From: Tubulanus polymorphus
Taxonomy: Eukaryota; Animalia; Nemertea
Direction: 5' to 3'
Assembly (NCBI RefSeq): GCF_964204645.1
Contig: NC_134028.1
Coordinates: forward strand, 4,526,001-4,590,000
DNA: 64,000 nucleotides
The notes under the pieces are model-generated. The model was given only the letters and a program-made list of their open reading frames with translations, did no database searches and was not told the DNA's origin. The translations under genes were made by a program, and so were the position numbers. Shown here piece by piece: positions 1-13,303 of this stretch; positions within the stretch are counted from its first letter, which is position 1, and each line of letters opens with the position of its first letter.

Positions 1-2463
1 TCTAACCAAAGAAGCCCAATTAATTACACGGTGATCACGTATGATATCATCTAACATTTGATTGTACATCAGCTTAGTTAGTTTCTCGGGTTTAGTTTTA
101 AGTATATTAAGCCAGTATTTCACAATTAACATTCTTTTTCAGATAAGTTTTTAACTCCCAGGAGGTATTTATAAAATTTGAGAGGGATTCTCTCTAGTTT
201 TCTATGTTCTTCGAAACCCCATATTTGGCAGCCATAAGTTAAGACAGGTACCACGAGGCTGTTAAAAAATTTAATGGCTAGCCTTTAATGGCATAATACG
301 TATGAGTTTCAAATATCTCCGATTGTGACAGCGTGCTGATTAGCGCTGGTTTTATAAATCGATAACCGTGATCTATCACTAAATGCCAATTAAAATGGAA
401 GATCCGTATTGGGCTGTCTCTAATGCATGAAATCAATGTAAAATGTCTATGATTTTAGATTATCATTATTAGCAATCATATTTATCCTTCTATGAAAGAG
501 TAAATGCGCCTTGAGAGAAACGATAATCGATCAACAGATAAGAACCAGTTATGATTGAGTCAGTTCGATGAAACATCCTTCAAGAATAACAATGCTCATA
601 ATAACCAGCCCTTAGTTTAATCCAGTCGGGAATAGATAATGGGATTTTTTTGTAGTTCATGATGAGACCATAGAACTCAAGCGAAGTGATGAGACTAACT
701 TATTACTCGCATGCCACACTCTCTCAGATCTCGACCGTCATGTGCTGCCCCTTTGTAAACCATTAGCGGCGAATGTGTAAACTAACTTGATACGATGGAC
801 GAAGTGGCCGCTGAATATGGAGACTGGTCATGACGCGACGGGGTATAGTTTGGTCTAGAACCAAGATGAGCTTAGGCGTTGGTCTAGTAAATCCAAGCGT
901 TAATACTGAGTTTTCAATAAACTAGCAAAGTTGCCAATTTTAGAGCGGTCATGACTATATCCTATCTGTTGAGCAAAGGTTCCAGCTAATATTTACCCAA
1001 GTAAAGAGACGTTAAATGAGATAAGAATAAATCTGACGTCGCTAAAATGTTTTCGTTCGGCGCGTCACGGTTGCTGAAAGTGTAATAACGTTTTTCTTTC
1101 GTAAAAATTGGCTTTTTCCTGGGTCGCGAAGATAAGAGATGTAATTTTGGATCGTGAGACCATCATCCACTTTTAAAGCCATTATGCTTATATGTATACG
1201 TAGCATAGATACCTGCTGTAAATGCTTTTGGCTGTAAAAGCACGGAATCGTAATGGCTAGCTGTGATATGACATGTCTAGACAGGTGATTGTGAAGGAAA
1301 ACCGTTATATTTATGTACGACGATTCATCGCCTCGATCGAACCGAATTCATTGCGTCTCATGCTTCAAATCACTTACTTACACAAAATTATAGATATTAT
1401 TGGTGACGAAACATCGTCAACTTTCCATCGATTATTCGCATATTCCATACATTTGAGGGGTTCGCATTTTGAGGTGCCTTTTTCAAAAAATTTTCAGGTA
1501 CGAAACCTTCAGAAATGAGCAGAGTTTCAGTTAGGACAAATTACCGATTGCTTAGATTTAACATTTCGCTATTTTGGTTTTTTAATTGCCTGTGAAAGCC
1601 CTTTGCTTATCCCACGCGCGAAAATGTCCCTTTTTGGCTTGATTGGGATCCGCCCTTGCGAACTCGATCCATCCTGGTTACCTGCATGCATTCAATCTAT
1701 AGTGATTATGATGCAGGTATCTGTGATGAAAAAAATCACAGGTAAGAGTGTACATGAAAATAATTTTGAGATGATGAATTTGATATACTTCTGTCGATTC
1801 TGGAAGTATAAGTAATTTAGTGCTCAATACATCTGCACCAGAGATAGCCAACACTGTTAATACCTTAGCGATCAGATAACAATATGAAGTGTGGAAGTCG
1901 GTATCACTATCTTATCAATTATAGATGCGTAAAATGTGTTAGCTCTCATAGAATCCTATTTTCTCCTTGAGATAGTCTTATCTGTCCAGATATCAGCGAT
2001 CCAATTCTTATATTTGTCCCTTTTTCAGATCGCGAAAACGAAACGTCGGTATTTTTTTTTGGAACGAGTCGAAATTTACCTCGATATACCGCTTACATCG
2101 TAATTCACCGATTTGAGCGGTATATCGGGAGTTAACAGCCTATATCAGGCCTAATTTTGTATCAAAAATCATGCCCATACTCGAATATATTTCTGCCTAT
2201 GTTTCCTTTTTTGGACTAGAGAATTGTGCAACGCCCAAGGAAGTAAAAATCCACCCCGTCCTTTTTTCGGGGCCATACACGTAGTTCATTGTTGAATCAG
2301 TTTATTTTCAAATAATCAACTATCACCCGTAAACTCAAATTTCAAATCAAATCAGTCAAATCAAACCCTCTCATATCCGTGGAACCGGTAGTCAAGTCAG
2401 ACCCTCGCAACTTGTTTAACTGGGGCCCACATAAATAATAATCCGTTTTATATCTATTTTCAG

Positions 2464-3392
2464 GTAAATTTCTGCCGTATCTAGAATGCAGTGTTGTGAA
2501 CGCATCAATCCAGACTATCATAGCCATCAGCCTCGACCGTTTCTACGCTATTTGTAAACCCCTGAAAGCGCATTGCACGTCTACATTCCGACGTACGCTG
2601 AAAATACTATCCGTCATTTGGGTCGTGTCGCAGTTATTAGCCGTGCCGTTCTTCTTTATCGCCGATTATAAGAATTCCACATTCGTCGATGGGACGCCTA
2701 TAAAGGTGTGTCGTCTGTACATGAAGACGGTCTCTCCGCGTTTTTACGCCGTGTCGTTAGTCGTCATATCGTACGTCATGCCGTTAATAGTACTGGTTAT
2801 CGTGTACGGGATCATCAGTCGGAACTTGGTGTCGCAAAGTTCGGAAAACCCGCAGACGTTCGTGTCAGCGACAACGTTACGAGCTCGTAAGCAGGTCATC
2901 ATGATGCTTATCGCTATCATTGTACTATTCTTTCTTTGCCATTTACCGTATCGTGTATTATCGTTATTTCTGATATTCGATAAAGGAGCGCTGTTTCGGC
3001 TGGAGTTTATCGGGTATCACGCTACTTTGTATCTCGTCAGATTGTTGTTCTATTTTCACAGCGCTGTTAACCCGATCGTCTACAATATCATGTCCACGAA
3101 CTTCCGCGAAGCGTTCTCTAAAGCGTTAGGATTGTCGTGTCGGAAGAGCCGCGTCGATGGACACAACGTCACCAGTTGGGGCTCGCAAACCAATAGTCAT
3201 CGTTACGACAGTCTGAAACTTGAAGGGATCAAATCCTCTTCCTACAAATCTAAATATCCGCTAAGACAGATTTTGAAATCGAACCGCACGATTACGATTG
3301 ATAGTTATAATAGCGAAACATCGCTGAAAAATGAAACAATGGATGAACTGCAGCCGTTGGCTCCCGAGGTGATTACAACGTCATCTATATGA
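2464..3392 (+). CDS. Terminal exon (TM3 to C-terminus) of a rhodopsin-family peptide GPCR, ecdysis-triggering-hormone receptor/TRH receptor-like; upstream exons not identified (probably outside the window)
   Basis: Acceptor tttttcag at 2456-2463, then (C)KFLPYLECSVVNASIQTIIAISLDRFYAICKPLKA with DRF, RARKQVIMML, FFLCHLPYR and SAVNPIVYNIMSTNFREAF motifs. These resemble ETHR-family TM3/TM6/TM7 as recalled. Confidence 0.85.
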
Positions 3393-6375
3393 ATATTAAT
3401 CAATTTCGGGGATTCCCCACGAGTAGACCGCCAATATACTCATTTGGTTAGTAAATAGGATGGAACCGCCAATTCGGTGAAAATAGGTTACGCAAACGTT
3501 TTATAGAAAATTCAAGAAAGGTTTTGTTTGCTTCAATTGATATCATTTTCATTGAAATACTTCTCTCTAAACGCTGGTTTTGGAGATTTAGTTGAAGTAA
3601 AGATATAAATTCGTTGTTGTATTGATCGCATGCATGTACCTCGATGTTTGCTATCATTGGCAATAAAATTCATCTTCTAAAATGTTTCATGTGATCTTAT
3701 CTTCGATCAGATGATTTATTGTAAAATCGACTAAACAACATCATGAGCATCTTGCAGCTTGGTCGATTATTGGCCAATCACAAGCTAGGGTTTTTCAGCC
3801 ACGTGGTGACCTTATGAGCTATTTGCATACCCACTTGACTTACCTCTAGACCAATCATATTCCGTACATGAAAATGAAAACACCGATTTTTAGCTGCAGG
3901 ATTATCTCAACGATCCTGATTTGATACTAACATATATAACTCTCTATTAAACTTACACTCATGCAGATACATGATGGAATAATTAGCACACGTAGATTCA
4001 AATATCACTGACTGTGAATTAATATAAGATAAATCATATCATATCATCCACCGACCACCGATTTACAATATACCATGCCGAGATCAAATCACGGCCTCAT
4101 TTTTACGTATCACTCGATTTCATCCTGTGTGAAAAGAATAATAGTGTATCTATATTTAACTCGTAATTTTCTTGTCAGTTTATCTTTGCTGCTGCCGCCC
4201 GCGGCCAAATCAAGATTGGGCCCCGATATGAAATAGTTTCCGATCATTCATCGGTTCGATGTGGTATGTGTGACTTGTGCCTGGCGGCTGTCGCGGGCAT
4301 AGAAGAGAGGAGAGAGAGAGTGGATGGTCACCAAATGACGGCGTTAACAAGTGTATTCCATTTGATTACTAGCGAAGCTACTAACACCATAGTCATTACA
4401 GAGAGGAGCAATCTCCCGACAGAGCTCACACTTTTAGTAGATGTGCAGTACATTAACTGTTGACAGTACGTATGTTCGCTGATGAATCTAGAAGACTCAG
4501 ATCGGTAAATTGAAACTGATGCCATTAGTAGCAGGGCAATATATCCACGGAAATACAGTTACTTGTAGTTTAAAAACTGAAACGAAGATTAGCCAATCCA
4601 TGAACAGAATGGAATCTCCGTTGGTGGTTTGTATAATTGCGTGTTAAATAAAGATCTGTTTTGTCACAAGTTGTCGTAATTTTCAGACAAACACGCTCTC
4701 GCGTTTACACAAATCATGTTTTGTATTAATAAATACAACTTCAAATTAATCACGGATTTCATGATGATAATGGATTTATCTCTGGTACGATTGGCTTCAT
4801 AAACGTCAATCAAAATACTAAATCTAATTCACCCACTCCCACTTAAAAATTGATGATTTTTCTTCCGTCATTGTAACTTGTTATCATAAATCATAAATCG
4901 CGCTCCAGTGATGCTAAACGTTTAAAGGATTCCACTGTTCTCAATGGCATACACTCTTTTTATCTAATACACTCTTTTTATCAAGTGTAACAATTATTGT
5001 TTCTTTTCAAAATCATGGTTATATATACGTAAGAATCCTATGTTTCCAATCAGCCAAATGATGACTAGAGGCATCAGAAACACGTTCGAGGTTCCTTTAC
5101 CCTGATGTTGCCAAGAGGAGATCGGATCGACCAATGAACTCTGTGCCATCACCAGGATTCGTAGAATCTCGAACTGTATCGATAGGTGTACAGACGAAGA
5201 AACCGGTGTTATCGGAATTCTCGCAGGACAGGTGCGCATCCGAATAAACCAAACCAGTATTTAGGATAACAAACTTTCAAGAAGCTTTGAATCTGAATCC
5301 AATTCATCTCCTCATAATATTGTTCAGGTGAATTTGAACCAAACATCAAGTTATATTTCTAACTGCGTCTGAATGTCATCTCCACCGTAATTTCATTAGA
5401 TAATTTGATGGAGGCAGACGAGGGATCGGTTGCCCGAATAATGAGAAGCGCCATTCAATGGCTGGTGTCAAACTGGGTACCGGGGTAAAGCTTCTCTTTG
5501 AAAGGATGCGTCACAGTCTCCTTGCGGTTGACAGCAGATTTTCTCAAAGAGCATCAAAAAAAGTTCCACTCATTGTCCACAAAGAGTAACTTGGCTCAAA
5601 CTAAGACGCATCAGCGACACCGGTCTTGATGGGATTCACGTACGTCTCAGACAGTTTGGTGAAGAAATGTGCCATCGCGGCATCAGACATGAGACACTTC
5701 CAGGAATGGTAAAGATTGACTAAGTAACTGAAAAAATAGGTTACGGGGCCAACTCAAAAAAATCCAATATGGCCACTGATATCAAGGTGGCCACCTTTAA
5801 GAAGTTATTTCCTGTAAAACTGTGTTTTTTGTTCATAAGTATTTTGCTCGTTTATGCGCAGCACCCTCAATCGATTAACGTAGAGTGGGGTGCAAAACTG
5901 AACCAAAATACTGACAATAACCCCCCCTCCCGTATATGGATTTCAAAGAAATGATGCGTGAATTATTTTCATAATTTTCGCGGAATTGAGGTTCACAATT
6001 GCGAGAAGTTGTAGGCATTCATAAGAGCTCTAAATTTTTCAACGGATTCTGCGCAGACTGTTTTTTTGTGTAACCTGAATTAAAGAGTTCTTTAGAATAA
6101 CAGCAGAAAGGTTTATGGTAACGGTTAATTTGCTCGAATGTCGTATATGCGGGGCTTGACTGGTCGATTGCGACCTTCGATTTAGATACATCGGTTGTTT
6201 CATGTTTTTTTTTCTTGTTTTAAACAGTGGACACATCGTTGGCTTTGATAACCGTTTCGGTCAATAGCTGAGTCAGCCGCTACAAACATGAAAATCCCCG
6301 ATAGCGGCCGAGTGAAGAGACACTGGTATATGAATTTAACATGCAACTGGCTGTAATACAAAATCCCACACTTAC

Positions 6376-6416
6376 GATTCCTGAAGATGCCTCAATTAGT
6401 CAAAACGTTGAATAAG
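6376..6416 (+). ncRNA. Degenerate minimal hammerhead-ribozyme-like motif
   Basis: attc-CTGAAGA-t-gcctcaattagtc-AAAAC-GTT-gaat. Stem I attc/gaat; G12 replaced by A. Confidence 0.4.
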
Positions 6417-7860
6417 ATATCAGCTCAAGAAAGTACGGACTAAATCTGCTGTTAGTTCTAGTCTATATGTCAATGGCTCATTCTTGGCGTGGGTTCTATT
6501 ATGACAATAGAGTGTTTTGCTGTATTTTGTTACACTATTTCAAGATAATGAAGGTGAACAATATGTCATTCCTTAATACATCTTGATAGTTATCATCCTT
6601 GGAATCGAATACAATTTACTGAGCGATACAATAAGCGTCAGTTTATATCTATAAACGAGGTGTCATTTAGATTGCTTCCACGCAGTGTCTGTCCTATTCA
6701 TCATTGTTATTAGAGAAAAAAGCTTTCTAAATGTTTACTCGTCGAGGATTTCCGAACTATTCTCAGCAGTGACAATAGATCTGATCTAAAGAGCAAGGAC
6801 GGCTTGGAGAATGCAAAAAATGTCTTTCGGGATCTGTTTCAAAGGACCATTTCGAGCCCATTTATCTTCTACAGCCAAACTTAACGTTGAAAGATCTAGG
6901 GCCACTTTTTGGGCTGAACCCATGGCTGTGCAACTAGGTCTAGAAATAGTTTCTATGATGTCGTATGCATCTATTTTATAAGGAGGAAAATATCCATGAG
7001 TTGTATGCAGATTTCAAGGCAACAAGTACAGTTTTTATTAGTGTGGATTTTTTCGTTCTACGCAAATAATTCCCATGACATCATTTATCATCCGTGTATT
7101 TTTCATAGGAGCCGTGTGACAGTTTTGTGTTTGCGATGTGTCAAGTTTTATAAGGTGTGTTCGCTTGTCAATATTCGTTTCGCCAATTTCATTAATTAAT
7201 AAAATTTCGGAGTCATAAACTTTTAATCGAATTCAAAATTGAATGACGTAGTTCGATTTGATTATGAAGGCAAAAACTCCGTAAATTTCGTCCAAAACAT
7301 TGAAGAATTCATATGCGATAAAAATCGGCCGATTTTTGTTCGAGTTTTGAGTGGTATAGAAGGATCTTGAGAAACTGTTTATTAAGCCAAACCGAAAAAT
7401 CATTAATGACGCAAACAAACAAGAGTCTCAACTCTACACGAAAATCTATATTCCTCTACTGGGCGCTACAACATTGAAATATATTCTCTATTCTTTCACT
7501 TTCGAAGGTATTTGGTATCGTTTTACTGTTTTACCGTTATTTCGATCATCACGACAAATTACAGTGTTATCAAAATCAAATATTAGTGTCCCACGGAGAC
7601 GGAAGCCACGTTTTTCTGGCGCACTCGATAAGGGTGTTGCGTGATAGGTTTCCGCGTCGATACCCGTGGAAGTGTTCAGACGCGTTCTATTCGACACGCT
7701 ATCGTGATTCTAAACAGTTTACACTCACGGCTGTATCAGCGCTAATTGATACCGATTGTTCACCAAATTTATGGCGCATTAAGCAGATTAATACACGATG
7801 TAAAGGATTCAAACTGCAACCAATGTAGCTCTGGAGCCTGCTGGCAGCATAGTATATATA

Positions 7861-8038
7861 CTGGTCATCAGCAGTTACAGAGCTTACTAGCAGTTTAGTG
7901 CTGGTCACCAGAAGTTACAGAGCCCACTGACAGCTTAGTGCTGGTCATCAGAAGTTACAGAGCCCACTGACAGAGCTTAGTGCTGGTCATCAGAAGTTAC
8001 AGAGCCCACTGACAGCTTAGTGCTGGTCATCAGAAGTT
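7861..8038 (+). repeat. Tandem minisatellite, ~40-bp unit, ~4.4 copies
   Basis: Unit ctggtcatcagaagttacagagcccactgacagcttagtg starts at 7861, 7901, 7941, 7983 and partially at 8023. Confidence 0.95.
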
Positions 8039-8120
8039 CACTCGGGATAAACTCCAATCTCTAGTGGATGAAACATTTTCAGGGTAACATTCACCGAAAC
8101 AACTTCAAACATCTCGCAAA

Positions 8121-9555
8121 ATGGATCATTGGATTCTAATTGGTTTTATGGTTATTTTTGGAACGGATATCAGTTTAGGGTACATCCCTATTGGCTGTTA
8201 CCGGGGTGCTGCGCATAATCGGCACAATTCAGCTGGTTTGAAACTGCTGGTGTCATGGCGTAATAGGATCGACTGGTCTCAATGGAAGAATACACAATAC
8301 TGGAATACTCAGTTTACTGCTAAATGTGCAGATGAAGCCAGGTATCTCATAAATCGCGTGTCATTGTATTTATCAGACTTGTATAGATGAAGTATAACAT
8401 CACAATTAGAATTTCAGGAATTCGAAAAGAATATTCGAAATCACGACGTAGCGGGATGCACATACACATTATCCTATATTAATATTATCTAAATGGCACC
8501 GTCAGTGGATTCTGATCGATGATCGAATCAGCTACAGTTGATAAAGCGAACCCTCGTTACCATTGACGAAACGCTCTACTGAATCCGTATTGTGAAACTG
8601 ATATAGAATCCCACGCTAAGAATAAGAAGAGTCGAAAAAGTCGGAGATGTAGTAATTCGGATCATGAATTTTATAATATAGTCGAAGTATAGTTGCGGTA
8701 AACATTTTGGACTGTCCTCTTAGTGTGGGATTTTATACTAAAGTGAATCTTCATTAATGGGCTATATTGGTCTCCAGTTCAGCGATATTTTGAAGTTGGT
8801 ACAATTTCAATTGAAAGTGACCCAAGGGTTATGCCATGAATCTAACGATGTATTTTGTGAATTACAGAAAAGCTGGTTTTTCCGTGTTTGGTGTTGAATA
8901 CTATGGCGAATGTTGGTCGGCACAAAATGCGTTCGAAGCGTACGAATCACTGGGTGCATTAAACCGTGACCAGTGTTCTATCTATGGCGATGTTGGTAAA
9001 GATAATACTGTGTTTGTAGGAGCAGCAAATCAACCAAATATAGGTAAAAGCCGTATTCCTCGGTGCTAAGGGCCTGCTGTCACGTGGTTATCCATCGTAA
9101 AATAGTCTTCGGGGCCAGTTTCACATCGATACCTAAGTCCAAATGTAAACTCTTTTAAACTGACTTTAGGTCTAAGCCATGGCTGCGCAACAGGCCCAGG
9201 AACTTGTTCTATGAAAAAATACCAATCAACTCGAGGAAACATTCCGAACTCCATTTCGTAATTTGGGATTTAGTATAATTTTTACACCACGGACTCAGTG
9301 TAATGCTTATGTCTGATTTCAGTAAGAATGCCAAGTGGGTTTTACATGAAACAGTTCCGTATGCAATCCCCCCGTGAACTATACCCGGCTACCGGAAGGT
9401 CCTACCTCGTTGCTGACTGTATCGTCAATTGCTTCAACAATTCTACATGTTTAAGTCTTCAATTCGAAATAAAAACAATGACATGTCATCTTCACGCCAC
9501 CTATTGGCCAACGGGAACCCGAGATAACTGTATTTCATTTCAAATAAATGAATAA
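8121..9555 (+). CDS. Small secreted protein with WSC-like and PAN/apple-like cysteine domains, 3 exons
   Basis: Exons 8121-8341, 8868-9043, 9323-9555 with GT-AG sites in consistent phase. Hydrophobic signal peptide (MDHWILIGFMVIFG), IGCY...KCADEAR.AGFSVFGVEYYGECW, then C-x3-C-x5-C...CHLH. Confidence 0.7.
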
Positions 9556-9974
9556 TGCGAACTTAAACGCTCTATGAACTGCAACGATCTGACCTTGAAC
9601 TCCAATGAGTTCCGGCTACAGATTTAAGAAGGGAAATTTTTTTTTCTCGCTTAACTTCATGATGTTACAACGCCGCGAGGATGGTCAGTAACCGATCACT
9701 GGAGACTGGAGTGTGCACATTATTAACCGAGATGCCTCGAGATAGAAACATCAACAACAAGTGTGTTCCTAATCTGTACTGCGCTCGGCTCTTAAGCAAA
9801 ATCCTTTTAAGAAGTAATTTTTTCACACAACGAAACAGAAAATCCCGTCCTTGATGCAACAGGATGAGTGTGGAAGCGTATGCGATCTGACAATCTTTTT
9901 TTAGCTTTTGACCTGTTAAAAAGTCCGCAATGAATCGATTGTAGAAATGTTTCAACAATAAGGATGAAAAAGAA

Positions 9975-10390
9975 TTTCGAATCCCGCTCGATAAGGGGGA
10001 CTGGGCAGGCGAGAGGAGTGGTCCTGATGCTGATTAGATGAACAAGGTTGTCCCGGGTTCGATTCCAGTGATGATTCATTCTGATTCCGAGTGGCCTGAT
10101 GCTGGATAGAGGATGAATATAGCTGTTACGGGTTTGAGCATGTATTGGAACCAAATTTCTAGAGTTGACCAAAGCGAACTTTAGCGATGCACCATATTTT
10201 ACATGCGCCATCTACCGGAATATGGAATAAAAACACAGTATTTGTTAACATTGATTCAGAGTGGTCCTGATGCCGAGAGAGGGTGTGCAGTGTCCCATGA
10301 TCGAACGCAGTTATTACTGATATTGATTCCGAGTAGTCTTGATGCTAAATAGAAAATAAGAAGGAATGCCCCGGGTTCGAACCCAGGAAT
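9975..10390 (+). repeat. Degenerate tandem tRNA-like/SINE-like units (~4)
   Basis: Recurring (tgattcc)gagtggtcctgatgc at ~10016, 10082, 10252, 10324, each followed by a B-box-like gggttcga(t/a)cc (clear at 10055 and 10373). Confidence 0.5.
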
Positions 10391-10656
10391 TATTGATATC
10401 TATTGATTTATTCATTTACACTTTATAAACATAAGAATACTCTTTGTTAATTACATCAAATAAAATATGAGAGTGTATTGTTTATAAACTGATACTGGTT
10501 TGTGCTGTGACGAGAAAAAATCTTTTGCCATCTTTCGCTCACTCTCTCCCTCCCTGCTAGTTCTGTGCCGAACACCTTGGAATTTGAGCTTATGTTACTT
10601 GTAAATGTTTAACATGCATACAATGCACTTTTCCGCATCATCTTCAGTCCGGCGTC

Positions 10657-13303
10657 TCATTGGTAGCAAAATATATTCCATAGAACAGCAAAAAACGTAC
10701 AGGATGTGTAGAAACTTAATCCAACCCACCATAAAATTTGTTTGTGTAGTTTTTGTTCGAAATTTTTCAATACGACGAGACCAAGCGTCAGCCCAGCGAA
10801 CGCTCCAGTCAAATGGGCTACATAGGCCACGGGTGGGACGGTACCAGCGCTCGAGCTGACGTAACGATCGTGTATAGCAAATCCTATATCAGCACCAGCT
10901 AAAAATGATAAGCTCAATAAGTTATTTTTAATTTTAACAGAATTTGTCCATATTTTGGGGTTTGTCAGTTGATTGAGCAATTAGCATTGACTACTTTTAA
11001 CTGGACCATGCATGCGATACGTTTATGCATTTAGTAAATATGACATGTTTATTTCGACGCACGTCCTCGTTTGTCAGGGTTTGATTGCCTTCCGCCGAAG
11101 CTCACGCCAAAACAAACCCTGCCGCAGACCCTTCATTGGTCTATTACATCGCCTAAGATTTCTTAGGCGGACAGTTGGCCGCTGTCTATGTATTAGCCAA
11201 TCAGATGCGTTTTCCCGCATTTCGTGGCCGCTGGTGGCCGTTGAGCTGCAACCTGAAGTAATCGACCAATGAAGACAGAGTATCTGCGGCCAGGGTTTGT
11301 GTTTGCGTGGGCTTCGGTGGGAGGCGATCAAACCCTGGCAAGCGAAGATGCTCGCTATACTCCCTACCGTACCTATAATTAATATTGCACCTATTTTTAG
11401 AAATCTCAATTCCATTTCTTGATAATTCTGTAATAGAAAATCTAATTGAATCAAAGGAAAATTTAACTACGGAAAATGCAGAATATGAATAAATGAATGA
11501 TACGCACGAGTAGAATGTTTGATACGTGAGCGGCCAACAACGCGTAGACTCCTCCAGAAGCACCCAGTAAATACGCCTTCATATCAAACACTGATGCTCC
11601 AAGTGAACCTACAATGGAGGTGTAAAAACAGAACCACGTCATGCGAATACAATATAACACAATACGCGGAATGGCCGCTGGACAAACCTAGTGAACGGAC
11701 TAAAAAAGGTCAAATAATGGTACATTATCTGTGATGAAAGATGGTCTATTGGTTAGCAACCTTGATTTACGGGACCTGGGTTCGATCCCCAGTTCAGTGC
11801 TCCAAAGTTTCACTGTCACTTCAATAAACGTTACATTGGTGCAGAACTAGGGAAATCAGCTGATTTTGAATTTTTTGCCAGTTATCTATAGTCCTTATTT
11901 TCAGAAAAAAATTGGTTCGTCCATGGATTCCTTCAATAACATAAAGTCGTCGCAGATACCTGACAGAATTCCGGCGAAATATATACAAGCGATTCTTATC
12001 GAGCCGTGGACCATTTCCAACGGGGTTCCCACTAGAATCTGCACGAGCGTGTTGAAAAATAAATGAACCCATCTGAAATACGTAGTAAACATAGAATTAT
12101 AGAACAGTCTTCGAATAAAATTTCACGATTCGCAAATTCAGGATCCAGTTCGTCAGTTAGAACTACGAATAATCATCCTAAAGATTAGTTAAGATAGTTA
12201 TTCGTAGGTTTGAGTCAAATCTTAACCCTTAACCTCGGAACTGGATCCAGAACTGTTCACCGGGTTCAGCGGGAGAGATTTCTGTGAATTTCTTGGATCC
12301 GCTCACGTGCGTTACATTGTTCGTCAAAACGCAAGAACCTTTTACTTCAGTTGAACGTCCAATACGAAGTCCAATATGACGCACATGGTGCATTGCCTCT
12401 CTCATGATTATACGTACCCCGCGTGTACAAACGTATAGCATATAAATCTCCAGGCTTGAGCGCGTTTATCAGGCCGGTAAACAAACGGACTATCAGCGGG
12501 TATAGGACCCGATGTCGTGATACTTTCTTCCATCTTCACCACGTAGAAAATATAACAACTTATCTGCAAACAATAATACGTACACGTGATACGTGTGATA
12601 CAATAAACCTCGCAGCATACACTGAAACCTTGGAGTTTGTCAGACAAACTGATTAATCCAAGCTTGGACGTGGCCAACTCGAACCTATGACTATTTAATC
12701 GCATGCAACAAAATTGTATTCTGAGTTTCAACGTATTTTTCTCGGACTTCGCTTAACTCGGACAACTGCCAGCCCAGTTTATCCGGGTAAGGTGAGGTTT
12801 TACTGTTGCACCTTATTTAATGCCTTGTTCAAATCCAGAAAAAACATATAACAGATTGAAACTGGTATTTAGAATTAGTTTAAAGCGGTCAGTTGCGTAA
12901 AATGTCTTAAGATATTTCATTAAAGGTTAAATGATGATTAAAAGTGTTTTACATTCAAAGTGGTTTGAACGGGGAACCACAGTACACCAGAAACAAAAGC
13001 ATTTTGCGAGGGCAAGGTTTAATTTTTGGTTAATAACAATTAATACAATTTGCACAAATATGTTACGTACCTCAGCAAGCGTCATTACCGGTAGGAATAG
13101 AGGAGGCGGGCAGCATCGATATCGATCTGAATAATAGCGCTTAATACCGTCCACTTTATCCGACCCAATCATCTCTACTGAAATACTCCGCACCGTCATT
13201 TCAATCAGCGATTTCACACTTTTACGATATTCTATGAAAACTAAAGCCCGACGCATCGATCCTTGCTCAGCGCCTGATTCCGCATTTTTCTCTATTTTCT
13301 TAT
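10657..13303 (-). CDS. Rhomboid family intramembrane serine protease (RHBDL1/3-like); 5' end uncertain
   Basis: Exons 13303-13071, 12563-12418, 12072-11960, 11608-11508, 11427-11373, 10898-10657, all in phase. Motifs CCPPPLF, AWRF..Y.FVHAGWVHL.FN, catalytic GASGG and VAHLTGA. Confidence 0.93.
11741..11800 (+). repeat. tRNA-derived SINE-like fragment in a rhomboid intron
   Basis: A-box-like tggtctattgg and B-box ggttcgatccc; no complete cloverleaf. Confidence 0.45.
12139..12250. mobile_element. MITE with GGATCCAGTT terminal inverted repeats (dispersed family)
   Basis: caggatccagtt...aactggatccag. Related ends at ~15155, 26893-26987, 27892-27958, 28033, 39926, 48697, 55761. Confidence 0.6.

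Noticed and set aside
4994-5720. Coding-looking, higher-GC stretch
   Set aside because: All frames examined are interrupted by stops and no domain is recognisable; probably repeat debris.
3393-7800. Alternative second 3' exon, as in insect ETHR-A/B splicing
   Set aside because: No second GPCR-like exon was found downstream.
7861-8038. CRISPR-like array
   Set aside because: Units are contiguous with no unique spacers, there are no cas genes, and the context is eukaryotic. It is a minisatellite.
11741-11800. Functional tRNA gene
   Set aside because: A and B boxes are present, but there is no acceptor stem or complete anticodon arm.
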